A stretch of DNA of 38,684 bases from IMG/VR virus record IMGVR_UViG_3300029145_000013, positions 1 through 38,684 of that record; one strand, 5' to 3'. The DNA comes from a virus. Its lineage: Duplodnaviria; Caudoviricetes. Below the pieces are notes generated by a model. It did not search any database and was not told where the DNA came from. It saw nothing but the letters and a program-made list of their open reading frames with translations. Positions 8,920 through 18,160 of the stretch are shown piece after piece (position 1 is the stretch's first letter; the number at the start of each line of letters is the position of its first letter). A program made the position numbers and the translations under genes.

Positions 8920-10403
8920 AGATACCATTCATTGATTGGCAACCAGACGCCGCAGATTTAGGCGCAAGGGGAAACACCACAATAACTAACGCTGTTCCTG
9001 CGTTGACAAGTTTCCAACCATTCCCTTCTTTAAATATCTTAACAACTGCATTAACAGCAGTTCCTAGAGGTGGAATAGAGGCATTCGATAAAGATGAAGC
9101 CTCTCACATGTATGTGGGGGATGAGACCAAATTATACGAGTTGGATGAACCAAACCTAACCTGGACTGATGTAACTCGCTCTAGTGGCGGAAACTACGCC
9201 ACAGCTTCAGGGGAGAAGTGGGACTTTGTTCAATGGAAGAACAAGATCATTGCCACTAACTTTTCTGACAATCCACAGTCAATCACGATGGGTGGGGCAA
9301 ACTTTGCTGATTTAACTACAGCATTCAAAGCCAGAACAGTAGCGGTAGTAGATGACTTTGTTGTCTTTGGAAACACCTATGACGCTTCAGACGGAAACGT
9401 ACCCAATAGATTGAGATGGTCTGCACAAGACGATGAGACCGACTACACAAACTCTGCTACCACTTTAAGTGACCAAAGAGACCTTCCTTCGGGTGGACCG
9501 ATTAGAAAGATAGTCGGCGGTGAGGTTGGGATAGTTGTTTGTGAACGAGCCATCTACAGAATGGATTTCGTAGGCGCTCCCGCAATTTTCAGAACGGATG
9601 AGATTCAACCAAATATAGGAACCATCTCTGGTGGATCTGTTACGTCCTTGGGTGATGAAGTTTATTTAATTTCCGATCAAGGCTTTATGGAAATCTCTGG
9701 TGGGGGTACAGGTAAACGTCCTATAGGTGCAGGAAGGGTGGATCAGTGGTTCTTTGATGAATATGACCCTGATTACCCAGAGAAAGTATTTTCAATGCCA
9801 GATCCTACTAACAATAGGATTTTATGGTGCTTCCCAGGCTCTGGTAGTACAAGCGGAAGACCTAACAAGATAATCATCTATGACAGAACATTTGATAAGT
9901 GGGCTCTCGTAGAAGAAGAAGTTGAAATGATTCTCAAGTCCAAAGGTGTAGCTATTACCTTGGATGAACTCGACTCATTAGGATTTAGTGATCTTGACTT
10001 GATGTCAGTTTCGCTTGATTCAAACCAATTCAAAGTTCTTGCCTCTCAAATCGCCGCATTTAACTCTGATAAGAAACTCGGTTTTTTTAGAGGGGTTAAT
10101 AAGTCTGCAACTCTAGTTACTGGCGAGGTTGAGTTAAACGAGGGTCACAAGACAGCTTTAAAAGCATTCTCTCCCTTGGTTGATGGCGGCACTGTCACCG
10201 CGAGAGTAGGACATAGATCACGTCAGAGCGATGAAGTTACTTGGACTGACTCTTTAACACAATCCACTTCTGGAAGATTCACAAAGCGCGTCAACGATAA
10301 ATTCCACCGTATTGAATTAACGGTTACGGGGAATGGTTGGACTGACGCAATGGGCGTAGACATTCCCAGAGAAGACGCCCCTAAAGGTGCTAGACGTGGC
10401 TGA
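8916..10403 (+). CDS. Tail nozzle/stabilisation protein (P22 gp10-like beta-propeller)
   Basis: IPFIDWQPD N-terminus, NRLRWSA, propeller-like repeats; follows adaptor. Confidence 0.8.
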   Translation: MKIPFIDWQPDAADLGARGNTTITNAVPALTSFQPFPSLNILTTALTAVPRGGIEAFDKDEASHMYVGDETKLYELDEPNLTWTDVTRSSGGNYATASGEKWDFVQWKNKIIATNFSDNPQSITMGGANFADLTTAFKARTVAVVDDFVVFGNTYDASDGNVPNRLRWSAQDDETDYTNSATTLSDQRDLPSGGPIRKIVGGEVGIVVCERAIYRMDFVGAPAIFRTDEIQPNIGTISGGSVTSLGDEVYLISDQGFMEISGGGTGKRPIGAGRVDQWFFDEYDPDYPEKVFSMPDPTNNRILWCFPGSGSTSGRPNKIIIYDRTFDKWALVEEEVEMILKSKGVAITLDELDSLGFSDLDLMSVSLDSNQFKVLASQIAAFNSDKKLGFFRGVNKSATLVTGEVELNEGHKTALKAFSPLVDGGTVTARVGHRSRQSDEVTWTDSLTQSTSGRFTKRVNDKFHRIELTVTGNGWTDAMGVDIPREDAPKGARRG

Positions 10404-10680
10404 CCTTAAAGTCAGACCAGACGCCCCCTTAATAAACAACAACGCAGTAGAACACCGAAGACAGATCGCCAATCGAGCGAATGTCGGACTTCCTATTGAT
10501 GGAAGTAGGGCAATGAACCAACCCCTGGTTCTAGCTACTTACACCGTTGCAACCCTACCCACCGCCTCTCTTTGGGAGGGCGGACAAATTTACGTTTCGG
10601 ATGAGTCTGGAGGGGCTCAACCCGCATTTTCTGATGGTACTAACTGGCGTCGATACACAGATCGCGCCGTGGTGAGCTAA
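10387..10680 (+). CDS. Small tail-associated protein
   Basis: YTVATLP..IYVSDESGG..AFSDGTNWRR motif typical of small tail knob proteins; start may be GTG near 10396. Confidence 0.65.
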   Translation: MLDVADLKVRPDAPLINNNAVEHRRQIANRANVGLPIDGSRAMNQPLVLATYTVATLPTASLWEGGQIYVSDESGGAQPAFSDGTNWRRYTDRAVVS

Positions 10681-10682
10681 AT

Positions 10683-12008
10683 ATGCCAACTATAGAAGAA
10701 CTCATTGCACAGGCTCTTGCTGGTGGCGTTACCGCCGCAGAGGGGCAGGCAATCCTAAATTCTGGAATATCCCTGGGCGACCTTTCCGCAATGTCTGGTG
10801 TTCCGCTTTCAGAGATTAACTCCTTTATTGGAGCGAACAATTTAACGGTCCCCAATCCAACTGTAGACAACAGCGGAGGCGGCAATGCTGGGGGTACAAC
10901 AGCTGCAACAACCACCCCAACTTCTACTAACGCACCCCGCCCAGTCCCTACACCCGGACAACCAACAGATGGTCTAACGCTCCCTCCAATAGAAAATTTA
11001 GGGAACACGTTTGCTGGAAACTTTGGAAATAATCCTGGCGCATTAGGTTTTAGTGACTTAAACCCAATCGTTGTGGGTGCGGAGAATACACAGCAAACCG
11101 CCATCCCAGAGTTTTTAAAGCCATTCTTAGCTTCTGCTGTAGACGCTTCACAAGGGGCGCAAACAAGCCTTACTCAATTACTCGCTAGAGACAATGCGCT
11201 AACCAGTCCGTTTAACAATCTGCAAGAGATTAGCCAACAAGGAGTGTTGGACGTTGCTCAAGGTGCTGGTGGCTTTATTCCTCAAGCTCAATCTGTATTA
11301 AGTGAAATAGCAGATGGCACAGACATATTTGACACTTTTAACCAGGGCAAAGATTTACTTACTGGGTCCAGCGGGAGAAGTGCATTAGAGCAGACTGCCT
11401 CTGGTGACTTCCTATTTGGTAACCCTGGCTTTGATGCTGCTGTACAAGCATCTATCGCACAGGCTATGCCGCACATTGGTTCTAACATTGCCTTACAGGG
11501 TGGTGCTGGCGCGTTAAGCGGAAGTGCGAAAGACGCAGCTTTAGTTGAGGCCGCTACTAACGCCTTCGCTAGAGAGTTTGGTAATGAACGTAATCGTCAA
11601 ATTGGCGCTGCTAACTCCTTAGTGGGTGCAGACCAGTTTGCGGGTAGCACACTAGCGGGAATTGCTAACGCTGACCGATCAAGACAATTCTCTGCTGCAA
11701 CTCAACTTCCTCAAGTTGGTCTATTAGGTTCTAACTTAATTGGTAGGGTGGGAGACACGAGACAACAACAAGAGGAGCGCACCAAGCTCGGCCAAGTTCA
11801 ATCCATGCAACAACTTCTCAGCGGTGCATTTGGCCAGGTTAATCCCAACGCTCTGTTTGGGAATATTAACTCAGTTCAAACAAATTCTAACACCGCAGGA
11901 GGATTGTTAGGCGGTGCCTTAACTGGTGCTCAATTAGGAGGAATGTTTGGTCCTGCGGGAACGGCTATTGGAGCCATTGGCGGCGGTTTACTAGGAGCAT
12001 TCGGATAA
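10683..12008 (+). CDS. DNA ejection/internal virion protein
   Basis: Gly/Ala/Gln-rich; IPEFLKPF motif; C-terminal glycine zipper GGLLGGALTG..GAIGGGLLG. Confidence 0.7.
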   Translation: MPTIEELIAQALAGGVTAAEGQAILNSGISLGDLSAMSGVPLSEINSFIGANNLTVPNPTVDNSGGGNAGGTTAATTTPTSTNAPRPVPTPGQPTDGLTLPPIENLGNTFAGNFGNNPGALGFSDLNPIVVGAENTQQTAIPEFLKPFLASAVDASQGAQTSLTQLLARDNALTSPFNNLQEISQQGVLDVAQGAGGFIPQAQSVLSEIADGTDIFDTFNQGKDLLTGSSGRSALEQTASGDFLFGNPGFDAAVQASIAQAMPHIGSNIALQGGAGALSGSAKDAALVEAATNAFAREFGNERNRQIGAANSLVGADQFAGSTLAGIANADRSRQFSAATQLPQVGLLGSNLIGRVGDTRQQQEERTKLGQVQSMQQLLSGAFGQVNPNALFGNINSVQTNSNTAGGLLGGALTGAQLGGMFGPAGTAIGAIGGGLLGAFG

Positions 12009-13165
12009 TGGCAGGCTTGCTAGGAAAACTAAATCAATTAGGGAATTTTATAAACAACACAGCCACACCCCACATTAACGGATTACTTGGTAATCGAGCC
12101 TTTAATTTAGGTGTTGGGTTACTGGCCGAGTCTGGTCCTCAATACGGACAACGTAGGAGTTTTGGTCAAGTTCTCGCTGGCGCTCAGCAGTACGCAAACA
12201 ACGCACAAGCCCAACATCAAAACTTACAGTTTAACCGTAACGCCTTACAACAGCAGCACCAACAGCAACAGGCTATTAAACAGTTCCAAGGCTTACTAAA
12301 ACAACCTCCTGCTGCAAGTGTGCCTCCTTCTATTCGCAGACCTGGAGCCATTCAGTCTCAGAATAATCAAATGATGGGCTTACTTGGTCAGATTGCGCCA
12401 GGACAAATGGCACAGCAAATGATTGCTCAACAGTTTGCTAATCCTAATCCACAAACATCAGCCTCTTTTGCGGATTGGGTAGCAATGGGCGGCAATCCAC
12501 AAGACATCGAAGGATTTGCAAAGTTTAAGAGTGGTGGTCGTGGAGACTTGCAAGCACTTCAGGCGCAAATCGAAATGATGAGGCTGCAACAGATGGAGCG
12601 TGATGCAGATTCGCAGGCGGAAGAAGAAAGAGTATCTACCCTTTCACGCCGCAGAGGAATTACATCTAGCGTCAATACAATAGCTAGCCTGGCTGAAGAC
12701 CTTCAAACAATCAGCGGAACCTTCCTTGAGCCAGGAATGGTTGCCCCAGAACTTCGTAGAGATATGTCCGCCGTAGGAACCGCAGTTCGCAGCGCATTGG
12801 GTGGAAATACTGAAGAAGCTAAGAAAGTGATAGCGGCCTATGACCGACTAAACAAGAATCTCAATTCTTTGGTGCTGGACACTATAGATAGCCATTCTGG
12901 AGGGCTAACTAATCCTCAGATTGCAATTCTGCAAGAAGCCTCTGCAAGCACAAACATTAGACCTGAAGCAATCGCCAATATTCTAAACACGATGCTCGAT
13001 GCAAGGTCATTCAGCGCGGAACTAGAAAAAGACTGGGAACTGAGTAACCCAGACGTAGTTGGTTCAACCCGAGGCATTCTTAACTCCATATCTTTTCCAT
13101 CTACATCTAACCAAAACGAAGTTGATTGGAACGAGATAAATGCATCAATCGGTGGTAATCAATAA
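12008..13165 (+). CDS. DNA ejection/internal virion protein
   Basis: GLL repeats, Gln-rich helical composition; synteny. Confidence 0.65.
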   Translation: MAGLLGKLNQLGNFINNTATPHINGLLGNRAFNLGVGLLAESGPQYGQRRSFGQVLAGAQQYANNAQAQHQNLQFNRNALQQQHQQQQAIKQFQGLLKQPPAASVPPSIRRPGAIQSQNNQMMGLLGQIAPGQMAQQMIAQQFANPNPQTSASFADWVAMGGNPQDIEGFAKFKSGGRGDLQALQAQIEMMRLQQMERDADSQAEEERVSTLSRRRGITSSVNTIASLAEDLQTISGTFLEPGMVAPELRRDMSAVGTAVRSALGGNTEEAKKVIAAYDRLNKNLNSLVLDTIDSHSGGLTNPQIAILQEASASTNIRPEAIANILNTMLDARSFSAELEKDWELSNPDVVGSTRGILNSISFPSTSNQNEVDWNEINASIGGNQ

Positions 13166-14541
13166 TGGCAGAAGTAACGCTGCCCGATGGAACTATAGTT
13201 AAAAACGTACCAGAAGGGATGAGCCCGGAAGACGTGCAACGCGGATTAGAAATTTACCGCAACATGCACAACCCTTTCGCGGGAGCTAGCAAGCCTAACC
13301 ATCCTACTATGTCCGATTTGCAGTCATTTGGGAGAGGAGCTGCTAACAGGGTTGCAAACGCAGCAGCCAATATTCCTGACTTTGTTGCGAACATTGGTGC
13401 AAGAGCAATCACTCCCGCAGTAAGAAGCTTTCAGCCGGGACAGTACGGATCCGAAAAACCTCTAAACACCGCCTGGGCTTTCAACGCTCCTGCATTAGGA
13501 CAAGACTTCGTTCCCGGCCCAGATGGGCACGATTTGCTTGGGGGGGTTCAAAGGGGTGGTGAGCTAGCCTCTGCATTAGTAAACAGAGATTTTGGCCACT
13601 TCTCACAAGACCCCGCACAAGATCAAAGAGAACTAACCCAGAAAGCAATGGAAGAAAACCCTATGGCCTATTTCCTTGGCCAGGTTGGTGGGGATGTTCT
13701 TACGCTTACAACTCTTAGAGCGCCAATCTCAAATAGCAGAGGCAATCAAGAACTAATTTCCAACCAAATTATTGGAGGCGCTCGATCTCCAGGCCCAACA
13801 AATTTTCGGGCGGCAGCAAGACAGGCGGCGGGGGTAAGCAATCAAGAAGTTAGCTTGGCGTCTGGTGTTTCTGATGCGCTCCGATCAATGACCAATACAA
13901 CTAACTGGAGATGGTTAAGAAATAGAGCGGGTAGAGCTGGAGAAACGGGAATGGAGGCTTTAACACTCTCTGCTTTAAACGGAGAGGCGGACCCAATTGA
14001 GGCTTTTGGTTTTGCGGCAGGAATGCAAATGGCCGGAAGTGGTTTTCTTGGCACTTCCGGAAGTTTGTTATCCGGAAACATAAAGGATGCTGGTGTGAAG
14101 CTAGGAATTGCAGCACTAGCAACTGGTTCGATTTTTCAGGTTGCTAAAGAACTCACTGCTGGCGGTCGCGATTTCATTCTCGAATCAATGGAATCTGGTT
14201 TTGGAAAGGTTGCTTTATTCCTTGCGACTGGTGCGCTAGCTGGCGCAACAGGAATGGGAAGAGTAACCCCCATGAATGCGCAACCAGAACGGTTTTCAGC
14301 AAGAGTTGCAGACGCCATTTCATCTCTCCCTCGAGCGGCAACAATTTCGCTTATCACTGAAGGTATGGATGATCCAGCGACTAACGCAGTCATTAGAAAG
14401 CTAGCCGTGAATCCGAGTTATTTCGGCACAAACGCCACACGCAGATTGGAGAGGGCCTACCTAAACGGAAACTTTAGAAATGAACTTGAGTCGCTCATGT
14501 CGGTAGAAGAGTTCAGGAAAAAATTTGAGGCTATTCAGTGA
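13165..14541 (+). CDS. DNA ejection/internal virion protein
   Basis: VTLPDGTIVKNVPEGMS N-terminus, Gly/Ala-rich hydrophobic helices. Confidence 0.65.
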   Translation: MAEVTLPDGTIVKNVPEGMSPEDVQRGLEIYRNMHNPFAGASKPNHPTMSDLQSFGRGAANRVANAAANIPDFVANIGARAITPAVRSFQPGQYGSEKPLNTAWAFNAPALGQDFVPGPDGHDLLGGVQRGGELASALVNRDFGHFSQDPAQDQRELTQKAMEENPMAYFLGQVGGDVLTLTTLRAPISNSRGNQELISNQIIGGARSPGPTNFRAAARQAAGVSNQEVSLASGVSDALRSMTNTTNWRWLRNRAGRAGETGMEALTLSALNGEADPIEAFGFAAGMQMAGSGFLGTSGSLLSGNIKDAGVKLGIAALATGSIFQVAKELTAGGRDFILESMESGFGKVALFLATGALAGATGMGRVTPMNAQPERFSARVADAISSLPRAATISLITEGMDDPATNAVIRKLAVNPSYFGTNATRRLERAYLNGNFRNELESLMSVEEFRKKFEAIQ

Positions 14542-15185
14542 GCGGTAGGAAGTCCAGACTGGTTCCTGCCTTGAACGGCTTTTTCGGTTAAGGCCCTTTC
14601 TACGGACCACCCTCGATCTATTCTTTTGCTGATAGTTTTTCTATCAATTTTGGCTTCCTCAGACCATTGCTGAAGCGTTTGAGACTTGCCAAAAGCAGAA
14701 ATTATTCTGTTGTTTGTCCGATTGTTTTGCTGCTCTTTCATTGTTGCCCAACGACAATTGTCTGGGGAGTAGCCTTTTGAGTTGTCGATCCGGTCCAAGG
14801 TATGTAGTGCTGTCGGTGGCTCGCCCATATCCTTCAGAAAGTTTTCGAAAGAAGTCCAGCGTTTACAAACAGTAACCCCGGCGTATTTCTTTCTTTTATT
14901 TCTGAACTTTAAATTACCCCAGATTATGTAGGCGCGAGATTTATCGCCGCGTTTTGAATGCCCGTGCTTGAGGTTTCTTTCTAAGCAAACCTCTCTACGC
15001 ACTTCAGAATTATAACAACCGCAGGATTTCGATTTTCCTGCTCTTAGCGCGTTAGACCGGACCTCTCCGGTATTCCCGCATTCACACTTGCAAAGCCATA
15101 GAGCGCCACCAGCCCTGGTGCCAATTCTTTTTATGGCTGTCCATCTTCCAAATATTTGACCGCTTATGTCTACGAATTTAGGCAT
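14535..15185 (-). CDS. Free-standing HNH homing endonuclease-like protein, antisense to virion operon
   Basis: FGRWTAI..WLCKCECG..SKSCGC and VCKRW.SFENFLKDMG..TLDRIDNSKGYSPDNCRWAT...QQNN motifs; probable ATG at 15185. Confidence 0.88.
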   Translation of the reverse strand: MPKFVDISGQIFGRWTAIKRIGTRAGGALWLCKCECGNTGEVRSNALRAGKSKSCGCYNSEVRREVCLERNLKHGHSKRGDKSRAYIIWGNLKFRNKRKKYAGVTVCKRWTSFENFLKDMGEPPTALHTLDRIDNSKGYSPDNCRWATMKEQQNNRTNNRIISAFGKSQTLQQWSEEAKIDRKTISKRIDRGWSVERALTEKAVQGRNQSGLPTAH

Positions 15186-15191
15186 GGGTGT

Positions 15192-15220
15192 ATCATAACG
15201 AGGTTTCCAAGAAATGTCAA
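15192..15220 (-). promoter_or_regulatory. Sigma70 promoter for a leaderless HNH transcript
   Basis: Minus strand reads TTGACA-17nt-TATGAT-6nt-ATG. Confidence 0.8.
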
Positions 15221-16536
15221 AAGTAAGCTCATGGAGTACCACTCCGGGTAGCAATAATTCTGCTTCCCCTGACGGATGGCCTGAAGGTCAATCGCCCAGT
15301 TCGGTGAACGACTGCGCAAGAGAAATGATGGCGCAGCTTGCAAGCTGGTACACAGACTTAAAAGGAACCATCACTACAGGTGGTACTACAACAGCCTACA
15401 CCCTAACGACCACACAAGCTCACGCAGCACTAACTGACATTGGTGTATTTGCCTTTCAAATAAACGCAGCTAATACAGGAGCAGCAACTCTAGCTGTAGA
15501 TGGTTTAACGGCTAAGAGCATGAGAATTAATGGTAATGCTCTTGCTTCTGGCGATTTAAGAACCAATGAAATTGTTTTGGCCGTATACAACCCTGACACA
15601 GATGTCTTTGATCTTTTTAAATCATCAAGTTTTACCGATGCAGACCACACAAAACTCGACGGCATAGAAGCTAGCGCAGATGTAACAGACACCGCAAATG
15701 TAACCGCTGCTGGAGCCTTAATGGATTCTGAGCTAACCGATATTGCAGCGGTTAAGGCTTTGAACCAGGGTGTAGCCACTACTGACACCCCTTCTTTTGC
15801 TCAAGTTACAGTAGACAACATTACTGTTAATGGCGCTGCTATAACTTCTGATACGGGTGCTATTTCCTTTGGAAACGAAAATCTAACCACCACAGGCACT
15901 CTTGCTGCTGGTGCTACTACGATTACTGGTAACAGTTCAGTAACAGGTACTCTAGACGTATCTGGTGATGTGGACGTTGGCGATGGAACCTCTGCAGGTG
16001 TGGCGCTGGCAATTAACGGTTCCGCCACAGGCAATCCGATTCTTCAGCTTGAGCAAGCCGGAACGATTAAGGCATTTCTACAATACGCTGACTCTGGAGA
16101 CATACTATCTCTGGTTTCAGACGGCGAGGTAAGAATAAACCCTAACAACTCCGCAGCATTAATCCTGGACACATCTGGTGATGCTACCTTTGCTGGGGAT
16201 ATTGATTTATCTTCAGGTTTTCTAAACGTAGGTCCTGCTGACACACTGACAATCTCAGCAGGGGTCGTAACAGCCACCAAATACTACAGTTCTGTTGACA
16301 CAGAATCTGCTGCATCAACAGATGATTTGGATACTATAAATGGGGGCTCGGATGGTGACCTTCTCATTATAAGAGCAACAAACTCTGGAAGGACTGTAGT
16401 TGCTAAACACGGGACAGGGAATCTCCATTTGGACGGGGCGGCAGACTTCACGATGGATAACTCAGATGATCGACTCTATTTAATGAGTAACGGAACAAAC
16501 TGGATCGAGATAAGCAGGAGTAATAACGCAACATGA
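15214..16536 (+). CDS. Tail fibre/spike protein
   Basis: WSTTPGSN..WPEGQSPSSVNDCAREMMA anchor, KLDGIEASADVTD segment, beta-rich C-terminal domain. Confidence 0.85.
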   Translation: MSKVSSWSTTPGSNNSASPDGWPEGQSPSSVNDCAREMMAQLASWYTDLKGTITTGGTTTAYTLTTTQAHAALTDIGVFAFQINAANTGAATLAVDGLTAKSMRINGNALASGDLRTNEIVLAVYNPDTDVFDLFKSSSFTDADHTKLDGIEASADVTDTANVTAAGALMDSELTDIAAVKALNQGVATTDTPSFAQVTVDNITVNGAAITSDTGAISFGNENLTTTGTLAAGATTITGNSSVTGTLDVSGDVDVGDGTSAGVALAINGSATGNPILQLEQAGTIKAFLQYADSGDILSLVSDGEVRINPNNSAALILDTSGDATFAGDIDLSSGFLNVGPADTLTISAGVVTATKYYSSVDTESAASTDDLDTINGGSDGDLLIIRATNSGRTVVAKHGTGNLHLDGAADFTMDNSDDRLYLMSNGTNWIEISRSNNAT

Positions 16537-16886
16537 TAATCAAAGTTCTCCCTGATAATACAGTCACTGCACATGTGGATGGCCTGCATTACACAATAAA
16601 TTCAACTCACTCTAATAAGGCTCCAAGTGATTTTGTTAAGTCAATCGCTGACGCCCTCCCATATAAAGGCGCTATGGAATTTGATGGAAAATCCCCTGGC
16701 ATGACTTTTAACTCAGATTCAGGGCAAATCACCATCAACGGCGAAGTAGTGGACATAGACAACTTCTCTCACTTTTCAGAAGAAGCCCAAACATTCATTA
16801 ACACAGTATTAGATAACGGTGGTCGTAGACTCATCGAAGCAAAACAAAGACTAAAGGAGCTACAAGATGGCACAAGTAACGATTAA
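16533..16886 (+). CDS. Hypothetical protein (possible fibre chaperone)
   Basis: Coupled ORF after tail fibre. Confidence 0.55.
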   Translation: MIIKVLPDNTVTAHVDGLHYTINSTHSNKAPSDFVKSIADALPYKGAMEFDGKSPGMTFNSDSGQITINGEVVDIDNFSHFSEEAQTFINTVLDNGGRRLIEAKQRLKELQDGTSND

Positions 16887-17289
16887 TCCAGATGGAAGTG
16901 CGGATTTCCCTGTCCATCTTTCAGCCGAGCAAGTACAGATACTTCTCTACAAACACTACGCTATAAATGAAGGAATATTCGATGCAGTAGAAGAGGCGAG
17001 TGTTGGAATTGCTTACCAAGAATTACAGGGTAAAGCTCAGGCGTTTTATAAGTCTGAGTTTGAAGCTGGTAATGTGGATGGCTCTCTTTCAGCCCTGGGC
17101 CGTGAATCTGACCTAGTAAGCTGGTACATGAATCATCCTGATACTGAAACTGTAAAAGAAGAACAAGATCGACTGGCCCAAGAAGAGGCTGACCGTATTG
17201 CTGCGGAAGCTGCGGCTGAGGCGCAAAGACTGGCTGATTTGGAAGCTGCTGAGGATGAGCTTGCGGCGGCAGAAGAAGCTATCGCCTAG
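16867..17289 (+). CDS. Hypothetical protein with acidic Ala/Glu helical tail
   Basis: SD AAGGAG; last gene of the late operon. Confidence 0.6.
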   Translation: MAQVTINPDGSADFPVHLSAEQVQILLYKHYAINEGIFDAVEEASVGIAYQELQGKAQAFYKSEFEAGNVDGSLSALGRESDLVSWYMNHPDTETVKEEQDRLAQEEADRIAAEAAAEAQRLADLEAAEDELAAAEEAIA

Positions 17290-17596
17290 GGTCTATCAGC
17301 CTCAGCACCTCCCGAACCTCCTGAAGAGTAGCTTCTTCCTTCTTTATTATGCCTTCTAGCTTTTTAATCGACTTTCTCTGAGGGGCTGTAGTGGCCCCTG
17401 CAAGTCCGGTAATCCCCACCTCAAAGATCTCGCAGACGTGAAAGAAGTCATTCACTGTAATTCTGTGACCCTTCCCCTCAAACCTGGAGTATTTAGACTT
17501 ACTCCACCCCAATCTATCGGCTATTTCTTGCTGACTCCATCCACGTAACCTGCGGATTTCCCTAGCTTTATCCTTAATTTTCTTCTCTGCATCCAT
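17279..17596 (-). CDS. XRE-family HTH regulator with C-terminal coiled coil
   Basis: IRRLRGWSQQEIADRLGWSKSKYSRFEG; likely ATG at 17596 (ORF open from 17677). Confidence 0.85.
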   Translation of the reverse strand: MDAEKKIKDKAREIRRLRGWSQQEIADRLGWSKSKYSRFEGKGHRITVNDFFHVCEIFEVGITGLAGATTAPQRKSIKKLEGIIKKEEATLQEVREVLRLIDPRR

Positions 17597-17934
17597 GCCG
17601 GGTTCAAATATACGGCAAATGGATTTGTCTGTAGGATCAAACGTAGGAATTGGTTCGAAATGTGAGACACACATCACACTTCTTATAGGTTTTGACTCGA
17701 ATATCGGATCAAGACCGTCAATTTAATTAGTAGCTAGTTTGACGGGTGTAGGAGATAGGCGTACAAAGAAAGGTGGCTCCCCGACCCTTCGTTATTCCCC
17801 TATAGCTAAATAAAGGCGATGGGAAGGGGGCCGACCTAAATGTATCGAAATGTGTCTAAATAAGGAAGGGAAAGTGACCATAGGACAGTTGATTTATATC
17901 AATATTATGGAGCATCAAAAACTCTATGTTGTGA

Positions 17935-18160
17935 TGTGGGAGATATGCGGGACTTTCATACACCTCAATACACAGGAATGCGGGTTATGGGCTAGTGGGC
18001 ATTCCTTCTCATCTAATTAAATCAAACACTTAACACCTCTACCCCTACCTACGAACTAGGGGGTCGCACGTTCGAATCGTGCCGGGTGCGCCATATCTTC
18101 TAGCCTGTAGCGATGTCCCTTAATTTCACTAAGGCTAATGCGGGAGATTTGCGGGAGATT
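17935..18160 (+). repeat. Integrase arm-type direct repeats flanking attP
   Basis: TGTGGGAGATA 17935, TGCGGGACTTT 17946, TGCGGGTTATG 17979, TGCGGGAGATT at 18139 and 18150. Confidence 0.7.
18049..18093 (+). other. attP: attP core: 3' half of tRNA-Arg(ACG)
   Basis: CT-ACG-AA anticodon loop, T arm GCACG-TTCGAAT-CGTGC, acceptor end GGGTGCG-CCA; 6 nt from int stop; no 5' half. Confidence 0.9.

Noticed and set aside
257-16280. Many antisense and out-of-frame ORFs within structural genes
   Set aside because: They are nested in well-supported genes and lack recognisable motifs; only the HNH at 14535-15185 is accepted.
18049-18093. Functional tRNA-Arg gene
   Set aside because: The 5' acceptor strand and D arm are absent; it fits an attP core.
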